A stretch of 64,000 nt of DNA from IMG/VR virus record IMGVR_UViG_3300047560_001714, positions 64,001-128,000 of that record; one strand, 5' to 3'. The first letter of the stretch is position 1; every line of letters starts with the position of its first letter. A program made the translations under genes and the position numbers. This document shows, piece by piece, positions 25,410-36,800 of the stretch. Source of the stretch: a virus. The notes beneath the pieces were generated by a model, which saw only the letters and a program-made list of their open reading frames with translations, was not told the origin of the DNA and searched no databases.

Positions 25410-26078
25410 ATGAATACAATCTATATAGGATATGACGAAAACAGTCCAGTTACCTATCACGTCTGTTCAAACAGTATTATTAGAAAAAGTACCACACCGG
25501 TAGCGTTAATACCATTAGTATTACCATCGTTGCCATATAACGAAACCCATACTGATGGCAGTAACCGATTCGTATACTCTCGATTTTTGGTACCATATTT
25601 ACAAAACTTTACTGGGTGGGCATTATTTATAGATGGGGATATGGTCGTGACCGATGATATTACCACATTATTTACAGAGTTCTTAGACCCATCTAAAGGG
25701 GTGGTTGTTGTTAAGCATTCTTATACAACCAACTCTAAAATAAAATATCTAAACCATACGAATGATGATTATCCGAGAAAAAATTGGAGTAGTGTAATAT
25801 TATGGAATTGTTCCTATTACAAAAATAAAATATTAACCCCAAAAACAATATCTGAATCAACCGGTAGTTTCTTACATAGGTTTTCTTGGTTGGACGATTT
25901 TGAGATAGGAGAATTACCGATCGAATGGAACTGGTTACCTGATGAATTTGGTGAAAATCCAAAAGCAAAAATAATTCATTACACATTAGGTGCACCGTGC
26001 TTTAATGGATACGAAACTACGCCAATGAATGAATTATGGCATCAAGAATTGAAAAACACAATATATTGCGTACAATAA
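25410..26078 (+). CDS. Glycosyltransferase (GT-A, GT8-like)
   Basis: F.YSRFLVP, FIDGD, YPRKNWSS, EWNWL, IIHYT.G.P. Confidence 0.85.
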   Translation: MNTIYIGYDENSPVTYHVCSNSIIRKSTTPVALIPLVLPSLPYNETHTDGSNRFVYSRFLVPYLQNFTGWALFIDGDMVVTDDITTLFTEFLDPSKGVVVVKHSYTTNSKIKYLNHTNDDYPRKNWSSVILWNCSYYKNKILTPKTISESTGSFLHRFSWLDDFEIGELPIEWNWLPDEFGENPKAKIIHYTLGAPCFNGYETTPMNELWHQELKNTIYCVQ

Positions 26079-26080
26079 TT

Positions 26081-26968
26081 ATGAGACCAAGTTGGAAAAT
26101 AGAAAAATATAATAATACAAAAATAAATTTGGCAAATAACGTTTGTTATGATACAATTTTGCTAAACCAAGTATCAAGTTTAATTAAATCGACAAAAATC
26201 GACTTACGGCAATACCCAGAGGAGGTTCATGTTTATAGAGCTATATCTGCACATCATGAAATATCAATGGATAATATTGCAATTGGGTTTGGGATTGGTG
26301 AACTAATAGTTAGAGTATTGAATCTTAAACAAAATAAAAAAATATCAATTGTTAGCCCAACCTGGCCGATGGTTGAAACATATAGTGAAATATTTAATAT
26401 AGAGTATTGTACTAAATTTGATGAAACAGCAACCACCTTATATTTGGCTAATCCAAATGGAATGTCTGGTGAATGCCTCACTAGACAACAAGTATTAGAG
26501 TTATTACCGAAATTTGATTTAGTAATAGTGGATGAAGCATACGGCGAATTTGCAACTATACAATACAGCGTGATAGATATAGCTGCAAAGGTTGATAATT
26601 TAATAGTTTTAAAGACATTTTCTAAAAGTTTATCACTAGCTGGTATACGATTAGGGTATGCCATTGCTAACACAGAAATAATAAAGCAGCTTCAGTTAAC
26701 ACGCCCAAGTGGTGTACCTTGTGGGATTATTACCCCGATAATAACAGATTTATTTAATTTGATTCCATCGCACGTAAGTAGGATGAACGAAACCCGTAAT
26801 TTCTTAGAATCTAATTTTGATTGTATTCCGTCAAATGGGAATTTTGTATTAATGAAAGAACCACCAATTGGGTTGAGTGATCATTTTTTAATGCGAACCC
26901 TTGATAATGGTATTTGTAGAATGGCACTTGCCGACTTGACTATGATAAAAAATGCTTGTAAATTTTAA
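26081..26968 (+). CDS. PLP-dependent aminotransferase class I/II (HisC-like)
   Basis: ANPN, DEAY, KTFSKSLSLAGIRLGY. Confidence 0.88.
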   Translation: MRPSWKIEKYNNTKINLANNVCYDTILLNQVSSLIKSTKIDLRQYPEEVHVYRAISAHHEISMDNIAIGFGIGELIVRVLNLKQNKKISIVSPTWPMVETYSEIFNIEYCTKFDETATTLYLANPNGMSGECLTRQQVLELLPKFDLVIVDEAYGEFATIQYSVIDIAAKVDNLIVLKTFSKSLSLAGIRLGYAIANTEIIKQLQLTRPSGVPCGIITPIITDLFNLIPSHVSRMNETRNFLESNFDCIPSNGNFVLMKEPPIGLSDHFLMRTLDNGICRMALADLTMIKNACKF

Positions 26969-27764
26969 CACACTTCGAGAAATGCAATCACACGGGGTTA
27001 CTGATTTATTATCAACTTTGCGTGTCGTAGAAATAAACCCAATTGATGCTTGTAATCGTTCGTGTTCCTTTTGCCCAAGAAGTATTAAAGAATACTCGGC
27101 TAACAAAATCAAACTATCATTAGATACTATAAAAAAGATAGCAACGGATTTGCAAGAAATATCATTTGATGGACGTATTAGTTTTGCTGGATTTGGTGAG
27201 CCAACTTTATACAAACATCTAATTGAATCAATTTCAATAATTCGAAGTACCGTACCAACCGCCAAGTATATTGAAATAATTACAAATGGTGATTTATTAA
27301 CAAAGCCAATGGTTGCCGAATTGGAAACTGCTGGGTGCACTAACGTCACCATTAGTATGTACGATTACGATAAAACGGCAATTATTGCACCATTATTCGA
27401 AAATACGTCTATTCAGTTGACACTAAAAGATTCATACAATGGTTTTGCAATGGTAAATCGAACTGAAATATTTTCAGAATCAGCCACATTATATAAACAA
27501 AAAGAATGTTATCTACCATTTTATAAAATGTTTATAGATACAGATGGAAATGTGATATTATGCGCAAATGATTGGAAACGTACCTCAATTATAGGGAATG
27601 TGTTAGATGAAACTATACAAGCTATATGGTTAGGTGAGGGATATAAACAATACCGGCAACATTTATTACAACAAACCAGAGATTTAATTCCTTGTAAATT
27701 TTGTAATATTGATGGTACATTGTACGGACGCGCTAGTTTTATAAAATGGTCAACAAATGATTAA
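26952..27764 (+). CDS. Radical SAM/SPASM protein
   Basis: CNRSCSFC, GFGEP, ITNG, C..PF...DG.V.LC..D. Confidence 0.9.
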   Translation: MLVNFNTLREMQSHGVTDLLSTLRVVEINPIDACNRSCSFCPRSIKEYSANKIKLSLDTIKKIATDLQEISFDGRISFAGFGEPTLYKHLIESISIIRSTVPTAKYIEIITNGDLLTKPMVAELETAGCTNVTISMYDYDKTAIIAPLFENTSIQLTLKDSYNGFAMVNRTEIFSESATLYKQKECYLPFYKMFIDTDGNVILCANDWKRTSIIGNVLDETIQAIWLGEGYKQYRQHLLQQTRDLIPCKFCNIDGTLYGRASFIKWSTND

Positions 27765-28440
27765 AGAATTGCAACAATTACTAGATGAATGGGATATACA
27801 TGTTGCATATCGGTTCCATAATAATATTTATATAAATATTGGTCCTGAAGATCAATATATGTGGAAACGTACTGAAAATGGTGTTTTTATGTGGAAACAG
27901 TATAAAGCATTTTTCTTTCATAATAATGGTATGGTTTATAAACTAACAAATTGGGAAAAAGTCAATGATTGGGCCAATCATGCTAATTTATACAAAATAT
28001 CCTCTAACAATCAAAAATTTTGTATAGAGAAACCAATTGAGTTTCAAACATTTGAACATAATAAAGAATTATGGTTATATTACGTTGTACAACGACCTTG
28101 GGGGAGGAATGGGTGTACTTTTATGGAGGATATACTCCGAGAACATACCGATACTGAGTATTTTTTAAAACTAGTCGATGACCACTCATCACTTTTAAAA
28201 TATTTAAAAATATTAAACTCTATGACTAAGTGTAATTTACCAGCTATTACACCAAAGCGAATAATATACAATGATATGATATGCTGGACTGATTTTAAAG
28301 ATTGGTCACTAACCCCATCCCAATACATAGCCAATACAACCGCATCCATATATCATAGTATGCTAGCAATTGAATCGATGACACGTAAAAAGTTAAATAA
28401 AAAAGCAGTGATAGAAAGGATAACTGATACATGGAAATAA
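27757..28440 (+). CDS. Hypothetical protein
   Basis: Overlaps neighbouring genes. Confidence 0.6.
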   Translation: MIKELQQLLDEWDIHVAYRFHNNIYINIGPEDQYMWKRTENGVFMWKQYKAFFFHNNGMVYKLTNWEKVNDWANHANLYKISSNNQKFCIEKPIEFQTFEHNKELWLYYVVQRPWGRNGCTFMEDILREHTDTEYFLKLVDDHSSLLKYLKILNSMTKCNLPAITPKRIIYNDMICWTDFKDWSLTPSQYIANTTASIYHSMLAIESMTRKKLNKKAVIERITDTWK

Positions 28441-28676
28441 CCGCAAACTATATTATGTATAAAAATGGTACTCTTATCAATAGTGCTGAAGTGCCAATTG
28501 ACTTGCTATTGATTTTAGCACCAATACGGCATACCGGAGTTTATGACCGACTGTATATAGAATTCAATGGCTCAACTCATAATTTTAATCCGTGTTCATA
28601 TGACCATACAATTGATTCTGATATAACACTAGCCGAACATAATAATTTAATACAACCGCAAATGTATATACATTAA
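28431..28676 (+). CDS. Hypothetical protein
   Basis: Coupled ORF. Confidence 0.45.
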   Translation: MEITANYIMYKNGTLINSAEVPIDLLLILAPIRHTGVYDRLYIEFNGSTHNFNPCSYDHTIDSDITLAEHNNLIQPQMYIH

Positions 28677-28737
28677 AAATTTGACAACTAGTTTGTAATC
28701 TTATATAATATCAATTTTTAACTATTCGGTGCTTAGT

Positions 28738-29061
28738 ATGAGAATTACTTTTATTTTACTTATGTTGACTTTTATTACATCTGCATATGCTGAAAGTCCA
28801 TACGATAAATTTTCTACAGCTGATAATTACACCAACAAAGTAACCGTCGAATGGCAATCTGCCGATGACATACAAACAGCGTGTAATAAACAACGTACTG
28901 ACAATGGTGAACAACCATATACCTATGCTGTACAAGCTTGCTCTATATGGTATGCAAATGGTCAAAAATCAACGTGTACCATTATCACAAGTAAAAATGT
29001 ATCTATGTGGTCAATAGGACATGAAATTAGACACTGCTTTCAAGGAGCTTTTCATAAATGA
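28738..29061 (+). CDS. Secreted small protein with HExxH motif
   Basis: Signal peptide; GHEIRHCF; promoter at 28681. Confidence 0.65.
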   Translation: MRITFILLMLTFITSAYAESPYDKFSTADNYTNKVTVEWQSADDIQTACNKQRTDNGEQPYTYAVQACSIWYANGQKSTCTIITSKNVSMWSIGHEIRHCFQGAFHK

Positions 29062-29489
29062 ACGATTTAAATGATTTAGAGGATGACGACTTTGATTTTT
29101 CTGCGTTCCTTGCCGGATTAAGGATACGAGATGATAAAATGTCGCCTGAACATAATATGGAATATACCATGATGAACACCGAATGGTTTGTTGAAAAAGT
29201 TAAACAATCCGAAAGTTATTCACAAAATTTATACGCAGCCCTGTGCAATAATGATTTTGCAGAATTGGACGATACTTGGAGTATCCTTAACGAAGATTGG
29301 TGGTCATGTTCATGGCGTACAGCTGGTGGAATTGTTGCTAACTTGCGTGATGAGGGTGATTACTTAGATTGGTATTGTTCTGGTATGAAAGGTTCATCAG
29401 ATAGTAATAGTGATGTTTCAGAAGGTTATGTAACTGAAGAAATCAAAGAAGATTTAAAAAAACTGGGATGGGCCCCAGTTAGAAATTAG
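29058..29489 (+). CDS. Phage hypothetical protein
   Basis: YAQ/SQNLYAALCNN, WSCSWR.AGGIVA, Y.DWYCSG. Confidence 0.7.
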   Translation: MNDLNDLEDDDFDFSAFLAGLRIRDDKMSPEHNMEYTMMNTEWFVEKVKQSESYSQNLYAALCNNDFAELDDTWSILNEDWWSCSWRTAGGIVANLRDEGDYLDWYCSGMKGSSDSNSDVSEGYVTEEIKEDLKKLGWAPVRN

Positions 29490-29506
29490 GAGAAACTTAA
29501 AAATAC

Positions 29507-29722
29507 ATGAAAGAAGATTTAATAGAAATGACAGGTGTGGTTAATGACGTGCTGCCTGGCAATATGTTTAAAGTGCAAATCGATGATACCACGCATGAAC
29601 TAATTTGCTACTTAGGAGGAAAGCTTAAACAACACAAGATTCGAGTAATTATGGGTGACAAGGTGAAAATTGAGGTCAGTCCATATGATTTAAACCGTGG
29701 TCGAGTAATTTACCGTTTATAG
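29507..29722 (+). CDS. infA: Translation initiation factor IF-1
   Basis: KED.IEM.G.V...LP..MF.V, GK..., GD.VK.E.SPYDL.RGR..YR. Confidence 0.95.
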   Translation: MKEDLIEMTGVVNDVLPGNMFKVQIDDTTHELICYLGGKLKQHKIRVIMGDKVKIEVSPYDLNRGRVIYRL

Positions 29723-29731
29723 GACACTATC

Positions 29732-30580
29732 ATGACAGACAAATTTCGCATAAAACTAGTTTCAGACTTGCATTTGGAGTTCAGTCCAATTGTAATACCA
29801 AATGATCAGAATTACGATTTACTCATTTTATCGGGTGATATCTTGATATCACAATATCTACATGATTATTCGGAAAACGATGAAAGTGAATCTGGGTATG
29901 CTGATCTTGCACAAAGATTTAGAGAATTTCTCACACAAGTAAATAATGATTTTCCAAAAGTAATCTATGTTGCGGGTAACCATGAACTATATCATGGTGG
30001 ATTTAACAAAGGTATTCAATATCTTTATGATGAATGCGCCAAATATCCAAACGTATTCTTTTTAGAAAAAGATTATTGTATTATTAATGATACAGCTTTT
30101 ATTGGCGCAACGTTATGGACTGATTGTAATAAAAATGACCCATTAAGTTCACACGTGGTACAAGGTAGTTTAAATGATTATCGCTTGATTAGAGATGATA
30201 CAAATGGGTATCGTAAAATCACAGCACTTGATACCATTGCACGCCATTATAAGACTATACTTTATTTTGATACCACTATTACCCAATTACAAGACTCTGG
30301 GATTGAGAAATTTGTAATAGTAGGGCATCATAGTCCCAGTTTTAAAAGTTTATCAACTAAATATCCAGCGAATTCGCAGGTAAACTATGCGTACCATAAC
30401 AATTTGGATGAGTATATCTTAGAACATCCAGAAATTGTATTATGGACACATGGACATTCGCATTGTCCAATGGATTATTGTATAGGAACTACCCGCATTG
30501 TATGTAACCCACGTGGGTACGAAGGATCTTCATATAATGAATGTACCGGTTGGGACCCAAATATATTAATTGAAATTTAA
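29732..30580 (+). CDS. Metallophosphoesterase
   Basis: SDLHLEF, SGDI, GNHE, GATLWTD, HH.P, HGH.H, NPRGY. Confidence 0.9.
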   Translation: MTDKFRIKLVSDLHLEFSPIVIPNDQNYDLLILSGDILISQYLHDYSENDESESGYADLAQRFREFLTQVNNDFPKVIYVAGNHELYHGGFNKGIQYLYDECAKYPNVFFLEKDYCIINDTAFIGATLWTDCNKNDPLSSHVVQGSLNDYRLIRDDTNGYRKITALDTIARHYKTILYFDTTITQLQDSGIEKFVIVGHHSPSFKSLSTKYPANSQVNYAYHNNLDEYILEHPEIVLWTHGHSHCPMDYCIGTTRIVCNPRGYEGSSYNECTGWDPNILIEI

Positions 30581-30634
30581 TTGTTGACATTTTAATAAAA
30601 CTTGGTATAATATCATTTCATTTTGGAGAATACG

Positions 30635-30814
30635 ATGACCGATGAAAAACTATCAGTTAGTAAACTATTGCGAACAACTGTTACAAATAGTAATGACTTT
30701 TATATGCAAGTTGCTGACCACATCGACAAGCTTGAACAAACAATTCGTGAACTAACGACCGAACTCAATGATTTGAAAAAAACGTTAGACAACGAAATTG
30801 ACGATCACAAATAA
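30635..30814 (+). CDS. Small coiled-coil protein
   Basis: GGAG Shine-Dalgarno; promoter at 30584. Confidence 0.6.
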   Translation: MTDEKLSVSKLLRTTVTNSNDFYMQVADHIDKLEQTIRELTTELNDLKKTLDNEIDDHK

Positions 30815-30837
30815 TTTTAACTTTACTGGAGACACAC

Positions 30838-31419
30838 ATGGCTGGATTAATTCCAATGGTTGTAGAACAAGAAGCACACGGCGAACGATCTTATGACATC
30901 TATAGCAGATTATTAAAAGATCGTATCGTAATGCTTGACACAGATGTAAATGAACATTCTGCAAGTGTTATTGTTGCGCAACTTCTATTTTTAGAAAGTC
31001 AAGGCAATGATGATATTAGCTTCTTTATTAATAGTCCAGGCGGTTCAGTAACCGCTGGTATGGCTATCTATGATACAATGAACTTTATTAAACCAGACGT
31101 CTCGACGATTGTAATGGGGCAAGCGTGCAGTATGGGTAGTTTGCTCGCATCCTCTGGTGCAAAAGGCAAACGTAAAATTCTGCCATCCGCACGGCATATG
31201 ATTCATCAAGTTAGTTCCGGTACTCGTGGTACCGCAATTGATATGAAAATTGCGCTCGAAGAAACATTGAAGTTAAATAAGTACTTAACTGAGGTGTATG
31301 TGAAAAACACTGGACATTCTTACGAAAAGCTTGAACAGGATATGAGTCGTGACTATTACATGAGTGCGCAAGAAAGCGTTGATTACGGGCTTGCAGATTT
31401 AATTATTACATCACGTTAA
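30838..31419 (+). CDS. clpP: Clp protease proteolytic subunit
   Basis: [23 protein letters not shown] (Ser), MIHQ (His), RD. Confidence 0.96.
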   Translation: MAGLIPMVVEQEAHGERSYDIYSRLLKDRIVMLDTDVNEHSASVIVAQLLFLESQGNDDISFFINSPGGSVTAGMAIYDTMNFIKPDVSTIVMGQACSMGSLLASSGAKGKRKILPSARHMIHQVSSGTRGTAIDMKIALEETLKLNKYLTEVYVKNTGHSYEKLEQDMSRDYYMSAQESVDYGLADLIITSR

Positions 31420-31429
31420 TTTCAACGGT

Positions 31430-31453
31430 ACCACCCTTCGGGGTGGTCTTTTT
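31430..31453 (+). terminator. Intrinsic terminator
   Basis: ACCACCC-TTCG-GGGTGGT + T-run. Confidence 0.85.
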
Positions 31454-31464
31454 TAAGGATTATT

Positions 31465-32781
31465 ATGCTTACACCATACCAAGCTATTATACAACTTCGA
31501 ACTACAAACAGTAGATTAGAGAAAGTAGGATATATTAAACACCAAGCAAATGTAAATAATACTGAATTTTTTGAAGGATGTCGTCTTGCATTAGACAACA
31601 TGATTACGTTTGGGGTAAAGAAAGTCCCAATTAAGAAAGACGCCGACGGACCTGGGTTATCGTGGGAGGATTTCTTAACTGTTGCAAACGATTTAAGATC
31701 ACGCAAACTAACTGGTAATGCTGCCAAAGCCGCAATTGACACACTTATGGCATCTGCGACTGATAAACAATGGAATCGATGGTATCGCCTTATTCTGATT
31801 AAAGATCTAAAATGTGGAGTTAATGTTAAAACTCTTAACAGCGCTATTATGGATTCGTCACATCCAGAATTTACTGTCCCAGTCTTTCAATGTCAATTGG
31901 CTAAAGATATTGATAAACACGCCGCAAAAGGTGTTGGTAAGAAATTACTCGAATTTAAACTGGATGGCGTTAGAGTGTTAACGGTGGTCTACCCAAATGG
32001 TGAGGTAACGCAATATTCTCGTTCTGGTAAAGAATTTAACAATTTCACTGCTATCAAAGAACGATTCGCAACGGTTGCCTATACGCTAACTAAACCATTG
32101 GTATTTGATGGCGAGGTTATGAGTACATCATTCCAAGATCTAATGAAACAGGCAAGACGTGAAGAAAATGTTGAAACTGAGAATTTGCAATTAAATCTGT
32201 TTGATGTAATCCCACTTGAGGATTTTCTAAAAGGCAAGTGTCAAATGCCGCAGGCATCCAGATCTGCATATCTTAACCTATGGTATTCTGAAAATTCGTA
32301 TGCCTTACCAAATATCAATGTTCTCCCACAGCTCGAGGTTGATTTAGATACTGAGGAAGGTATTGCTGAGTATAATGCATTCAACGATAAAGCCTTGATC
32401 GAGGGATATGAAGGTATTATGGTTAAAGACCCACTTGCACCATATGAATGCAAAGTTGGTACTAACTGGATGAAACGTAAACCATTTATTGAGGTAACAC
32501 TTGCTGTCATTGGATATGAAGAAGGTGAAGGACAATTTGAAGGTTCGCTTGGTGCATTGATTTGTCAAGGTGTTGATGATGGAATTGCAATAACTGTAAC
32601 AGTTGGTGGCGGTTTCACCCCACAAACTCGTGCTGAAATTTGGGCAGACCGTGAAAACGTTGTCGGACGCATGGTAGAAGTTCGTGCTGGTGAAATTACA
32701 CAAAATCAAAATGGAAATTACAGTTTAAGATTCCCACGTTTCAAATGTTTTAGAGGATTTGAAAAAGGTGAAAAATTGTAG
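31465..32781 (+). CDS. ATP-dependent DNA ligase
   Basis: KLDGVR (motif I), DGEV, EGIMVK, W.K.K, SLRFPRF. Confidence 0.95.
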   Translation: MLTPYQAIIQLRTTNSRLEKVGYIKHQANVNNTEFFEGCRLALDNMITFGVKKVPIKKDADGPGLSWEDFLTVANDLRSRKLTGNAAKAAIDTLMASATDKQWNRWYRLILIKDLKCGVNVKTLNSAIMDSSHPEFTVPVFQCQLAKDIDKHAAKGVGKKLLEFKLDGVRVLTVVYPNGEVTQYSRSGKEFNNFTAIKERFATVAYTLTKPLVFDGEVMSTSFQDLMKQARREENVETENLQLNLFDVIPLEDFLKGKCQMPQASRSAYLNLWYSENSYALPNINVLPQLEVDLDTEEGIAEYNAFNDKALIEGYEGIMVKDPLAPYECKVGTNWMKRKPFIEVTLAVIGYEEGEGQFEGSLGALICQGVDDGIAITVTVGGGFTPQTRAEIWADRENVVGRMVEVRAGEITQNQNGNYSLRFPRFKCFRGFEKGEKL

Positions 32782-32840
32782 TTGACAAAAACAAAAAACC
32801 GAGTATAATATACCACAACTTGGAACCAATCGTATAAATA
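32782..32840 (+). promoter_or_regulatory. Dual promoter of pmoC (sigma70 plus T4-like late)
   Basis: TTGACA-16nt-TATAAT at 32782..32809; TATAAATA at 32833..32840. Confidence 0.65.
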
Positions 32841-32888
32841 ATACGAAATACCATACTAATTTAGTATGGAATACAGAATCTCCCAACC

Positions 32889-32922
32889 CGTGACTTGACG
32901 GGCGTTAAGTCACGATTTTTTT
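32889..32922 (+). promoter_or_regulatory. Terminator-like hairpin in the pmoC 5' leader
   Basis: CGTGACTTGAC-GGGC-GTTAAGTCACG (11 bp) + T7. Confidence 0.5.
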
Positions 32923-32947
32923 ACATTTTTTACCACTGGAGGTAACT

Positions 32948-33700
32948 ATGTCTGCTGTTTCAACAGATGTACAATTAGCGGTTGCGGAAGCACCGATGTT
33001 AAATAAAAGAAATATGTTTGCTGGCGCTGCCTTATATGTTTTATTTTATGGGTGGGTTCGCTGGTACGAGGGTGTTTATGGATGGTCTGCAGGTTTGGAC
33101 TCATTCGCACCTGAGTTCGAAACATACTGGATGAACTTTCTCTATATCGAAATGGTACTAGAAATCGTAACTGCTTCAGTATTATGGGGATATATCTGGA
33201 AAAGCCGTGATCGTAAAGTGATGTCAATCACACCGCGTGAAGAATTGCGTCGTCATTTCACACATTGGGTATGGTTGGTAATGTATGGTATCGCTATCTA
33301 TTATGGCGCATCTTACTTCACTGAACAAGATGGTACATGGCATCAAACAATCGTTCGTGACACTGACTTTACTCCAAGTCACGTGATTGAGTTTTACTTA
33401 AGTTATCCAATTTACATTATTACTGGTGTTGCTGCTTTCTTATACGCAAAAACACGGTTACCATCATATCAAAAAGGCTTACCTTTACAATATATGGTAT
33501 CAGTAATTGGTCCGTTCATGATTCTTCCTAATGTTGGTCTGAACGAATGGGGTCACACATTCTGGTTTATGGAAGAATTGTTCGTAGCTCCATTGCATTA
33601 CGGGTTTGTATTCTTTGGTTGGGCTGCACTTGGGGTTTTAGGTGTGGTTAACATTGAAGTACAAGCAATTTCAAGATTGCTTAAATCCGAATTAGCTTAA
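32948..33700 (+). CDS. pmoC: Particulate methane monooxygenase subunit C
   Basis: WYEGVYGWSAGLDSFAPEFETYW, EQDGTWHQ, DFTPSH, NEWGHTFWFMEELF.APLH. Confidence 0.98.
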   Translation: MSAVSTDVQLAVAEAPMLNKRNMFAGAALYVLFYGWVRWYEGVYGWSAGLDSFAPEFETYWMNFLYIEMVLEIVTASVLWGYIWKSRDRKVMSITPREELRRHFTHWVWLVMYGIAIYYGASYFTEQDGTWHQTIVRDTDFTPSHVIEFYLSYPIYIITGVAAFLYAKTRLPSYQKGLPLQYMVSVIGPFMILPNVGLNEWGHTFWFMEELFVAPLHYGFVFFGWAALGVLGVVNIEVQAISRLLKSELA

Positions 33701-33724
33701 CAAGGTTATTATGGGAGATAAAAA

Positions 33725-33746
33725 GGGGACTTCGGTCCCCTTTTTT
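33725..33746 (+). terminator. Intrinsic terminator
   Basis: GGGGAC-TTCG-GTCCCC + T6. Confidence 0.9.
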
Positions 33747-33811
33747 AATGCTGGTATTTTTACAAAATACCATTTATAATGAATCAACTTTAACAATTAC
33801 GGAGATTACGC

Positions 33812-36800
33812 GTGGCTAAAAAGCAATTCATGACATACGATGAAGCAAAATCATACATTCAATCAGTTGAATTTAACGGTAAGAAAATCCAATCCTCACT
33901 GCAATATCGGAACTGGAGAAAATCTGGTGCAGTTACACCTATGACGTTTCCTCGTAGTCCTAATTCTGTTTATAAAAAAAATAAATTCAGCTGGGGGGAT
34001 TTCTTGGGAACTGGTAGAATAACAACTTTGGGTAGAACATATATGTCATATGATGAGGCAAAGACATTTATCCAATCAATTGAATTTAATGGTGTAAACA
34101 TCCAAACTGAAAAACAGTTTAATGAATGGCGGTGTCTTGCGGATAACGTCCCAGATAACTTACCTCGTTCTCCAAAAAGTGTATACCAACGATGCCATTT
34201 TACATGGGCTGATTTTCTTAATACTAATACAAAACGAAATGCACCATTTATGTCATATGATGAAGCAAAAACATACATTCAATCAATTGAATTTAATGGT
34301 AAAAAAATAACTACATCCACACAATTTTGTGAATGGCATAAAACCGCATCAATCCCCTATAATTTTTCAAGATCACCGGACAAACGTTACCGCCGTGATA
34401 ATTTCAGTTGGGGCGATTTTCTTGGAACTGGGAGAATATCAAACTCTCGCAGAACATTTATGACGTATGAGGAAGCGAAAGAGTACATACAATCAGTTGA
34501 ATTTAACGGTGAGTACATTACGACTGAAAAAAAATTTATTGAATGGACGAACAGCAACCATTATAATACTTCAATACCAAAGCGGCCACATCGTTATTAT
34601 ATCACTGCTACTTTTAAATGGGCCGATTTTCTGGGGACTGGTAGATTTAGCCGTAGAAACATACCATATATGAATTATCAGGATGCACAGAAATATATAC
34701 AATCCATTAACTTTAATGGGGGACCTATCACCTCCGGTGATATATTTAGAGAATGGATAAACTCCGGTGTTGAACTACCAGAAATGTTTCCTACACAACC
34801 AGGATATGCATATAGAAATCAAAATTTTAAATGGAGGGATTTTCTTGGCACCGAGGGCTTGACCTATTCAATAAAGAATTATATGCCATATGAAGACGCA
34901 AAAGCATATATTCAATCAATTGAATTTAATGGTGCGAAAATTAAATCAAAAGAAATGTATCATAAATGGTATGACTCTGGAGTTGAATTACCGGCAAAAC
35001 TACCAAGAACGCCGTGGACAGCGTATCGTCACCATGGGTTTTGTACTTGGGACTTTTTTGGAAAACCCTACAAATATTTGTGGAATACAGAACGGTTACG
35101 GAACTTTTTACAATCAATGGCTGCCACTATTGATAAATTATCATCAGTTGAACGGTACAGTATTTTGGCTGCGGCAGGATTACTAGACTTATCGACAAAC
35201 ACAAAAAACCAAGCCTTCAAACGTGTTATTTCCAATGCACTAAATGGTAAACAATATAGCGTAGATGATTTAACTGATTTTGATATTGATGATAATGATA
35301 TTGATATTGATATTGATATTGATGATACCATGCAATTTGCCGAGATAGAACCAATGATTAACGATATTTCCAAGCATAATATGTCTGTACCAGCAATTTT
35401 AGACACTATTGATACAGTTACCGAAATTCAAAAACAATTTAGTGGTGATGTCTTAGGTGATTTCTTTGTAAAAACTCGTGTGATGATGTGCTGGAACCTA
35501 GTAATCAATACGAACAAGCCAGTTGACGATGTAATTTCAGAAATCACACATCATAACACTGGTGAATATGGTACCAAAATTAAGAATGAGTTTTTACATG
35601 AATTTGATGAAACTTATAATATGTTGTTACCAAATGGATATTCATTCCACAAAAATGGGCAATTGGTGCAACCAAACTTAATGCAGAAATATATTTCTCA
35701 TGTTCTGACAACTAGAACTAGATATGGACAATGGTCAGATATGGGAGCAGGTAAAACTTTGAGTGCTATTCTTGCTTCAAGAACATTAAATTCAAAATTA
35801 ACAGTTGTAATTACGGTTAATAATACGGTACATGATGAATTTACTGGATGGGCAGGTGAAATTAAAAATGCATTCCCAGATTCACATGTATTATTAAAAG
35901 ACACAACATATCTCCAGTTTGATACTACCAATCCAAATTTTTTATTGTTAAATTATGAAAAATTTCAATTACCTGGTACACAGGATATGATTATCAACTT
36001 GGTTGAGAACCATAAAATTGATATGATTGTACTTGATGAAATTCATAGTGCGAAAAAACGTGATAATACCAAAGAAAGTATCCGACGTGCTAATATCAAT
36101 GCATTTATTACATCGGCAACCACTAAAAATCCAGCATGTCGAGTTCTCGGTATGTCAGGTACTCCAGTAGTAAATGATTTGGCAGAAGCAGTGTCGTTAC
36201 TGGAAATGGTTACTGGTGACGATTATAGTTTCTTATCGACGACTAATTCGATCAACAATGCTATAGAAATTCATAAGTATTTGGTACTTAATGGCATCAG
36301 ATTTAAACCAACATTGCACACTATGCACTTAAATGAAACAATTATTGATATTCCTGTTTCAGATGTAGAAATAATTAAAAATATTGCGGCATTACCAAAA
36401 GGAGCAATGCTTCAAATGGAACAACAGTTATTGCAACCAAAAATCCAAACGATTATTGATAATTGCCAACCACAAACTATCATTTATACACAATATGTTG
36501 ATGGTATTGTGGATGAAATATCAGAGGTTCTTAGTAAAAACAGTATTTCACATGGATTCTTCACTGGTAATGATAAGGCTGGATTGGAACAATTCAAGAA
36601 CAAACAAATTGATGTTTTGATCGCATCTAGCCCGATTAGCACAGGGGTCGATGGGTTGCAATATATTTGTAATAAAATGATAATTGTTTCTTTACCATGG
36701 ACACATTCATTGTACCAGCAATTGGTGTGTCGTTTATATAGACAAGGTAGTAATTTTACTGATATTGAAATTGTAATACCAAAAGTTATAATTGAGAATA

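Noticed and set aside
32946-33227. Antisense ORF over pmoC
   Set aside because: No Shine-Dalgarno or motif; shadow of a highly conserved gene
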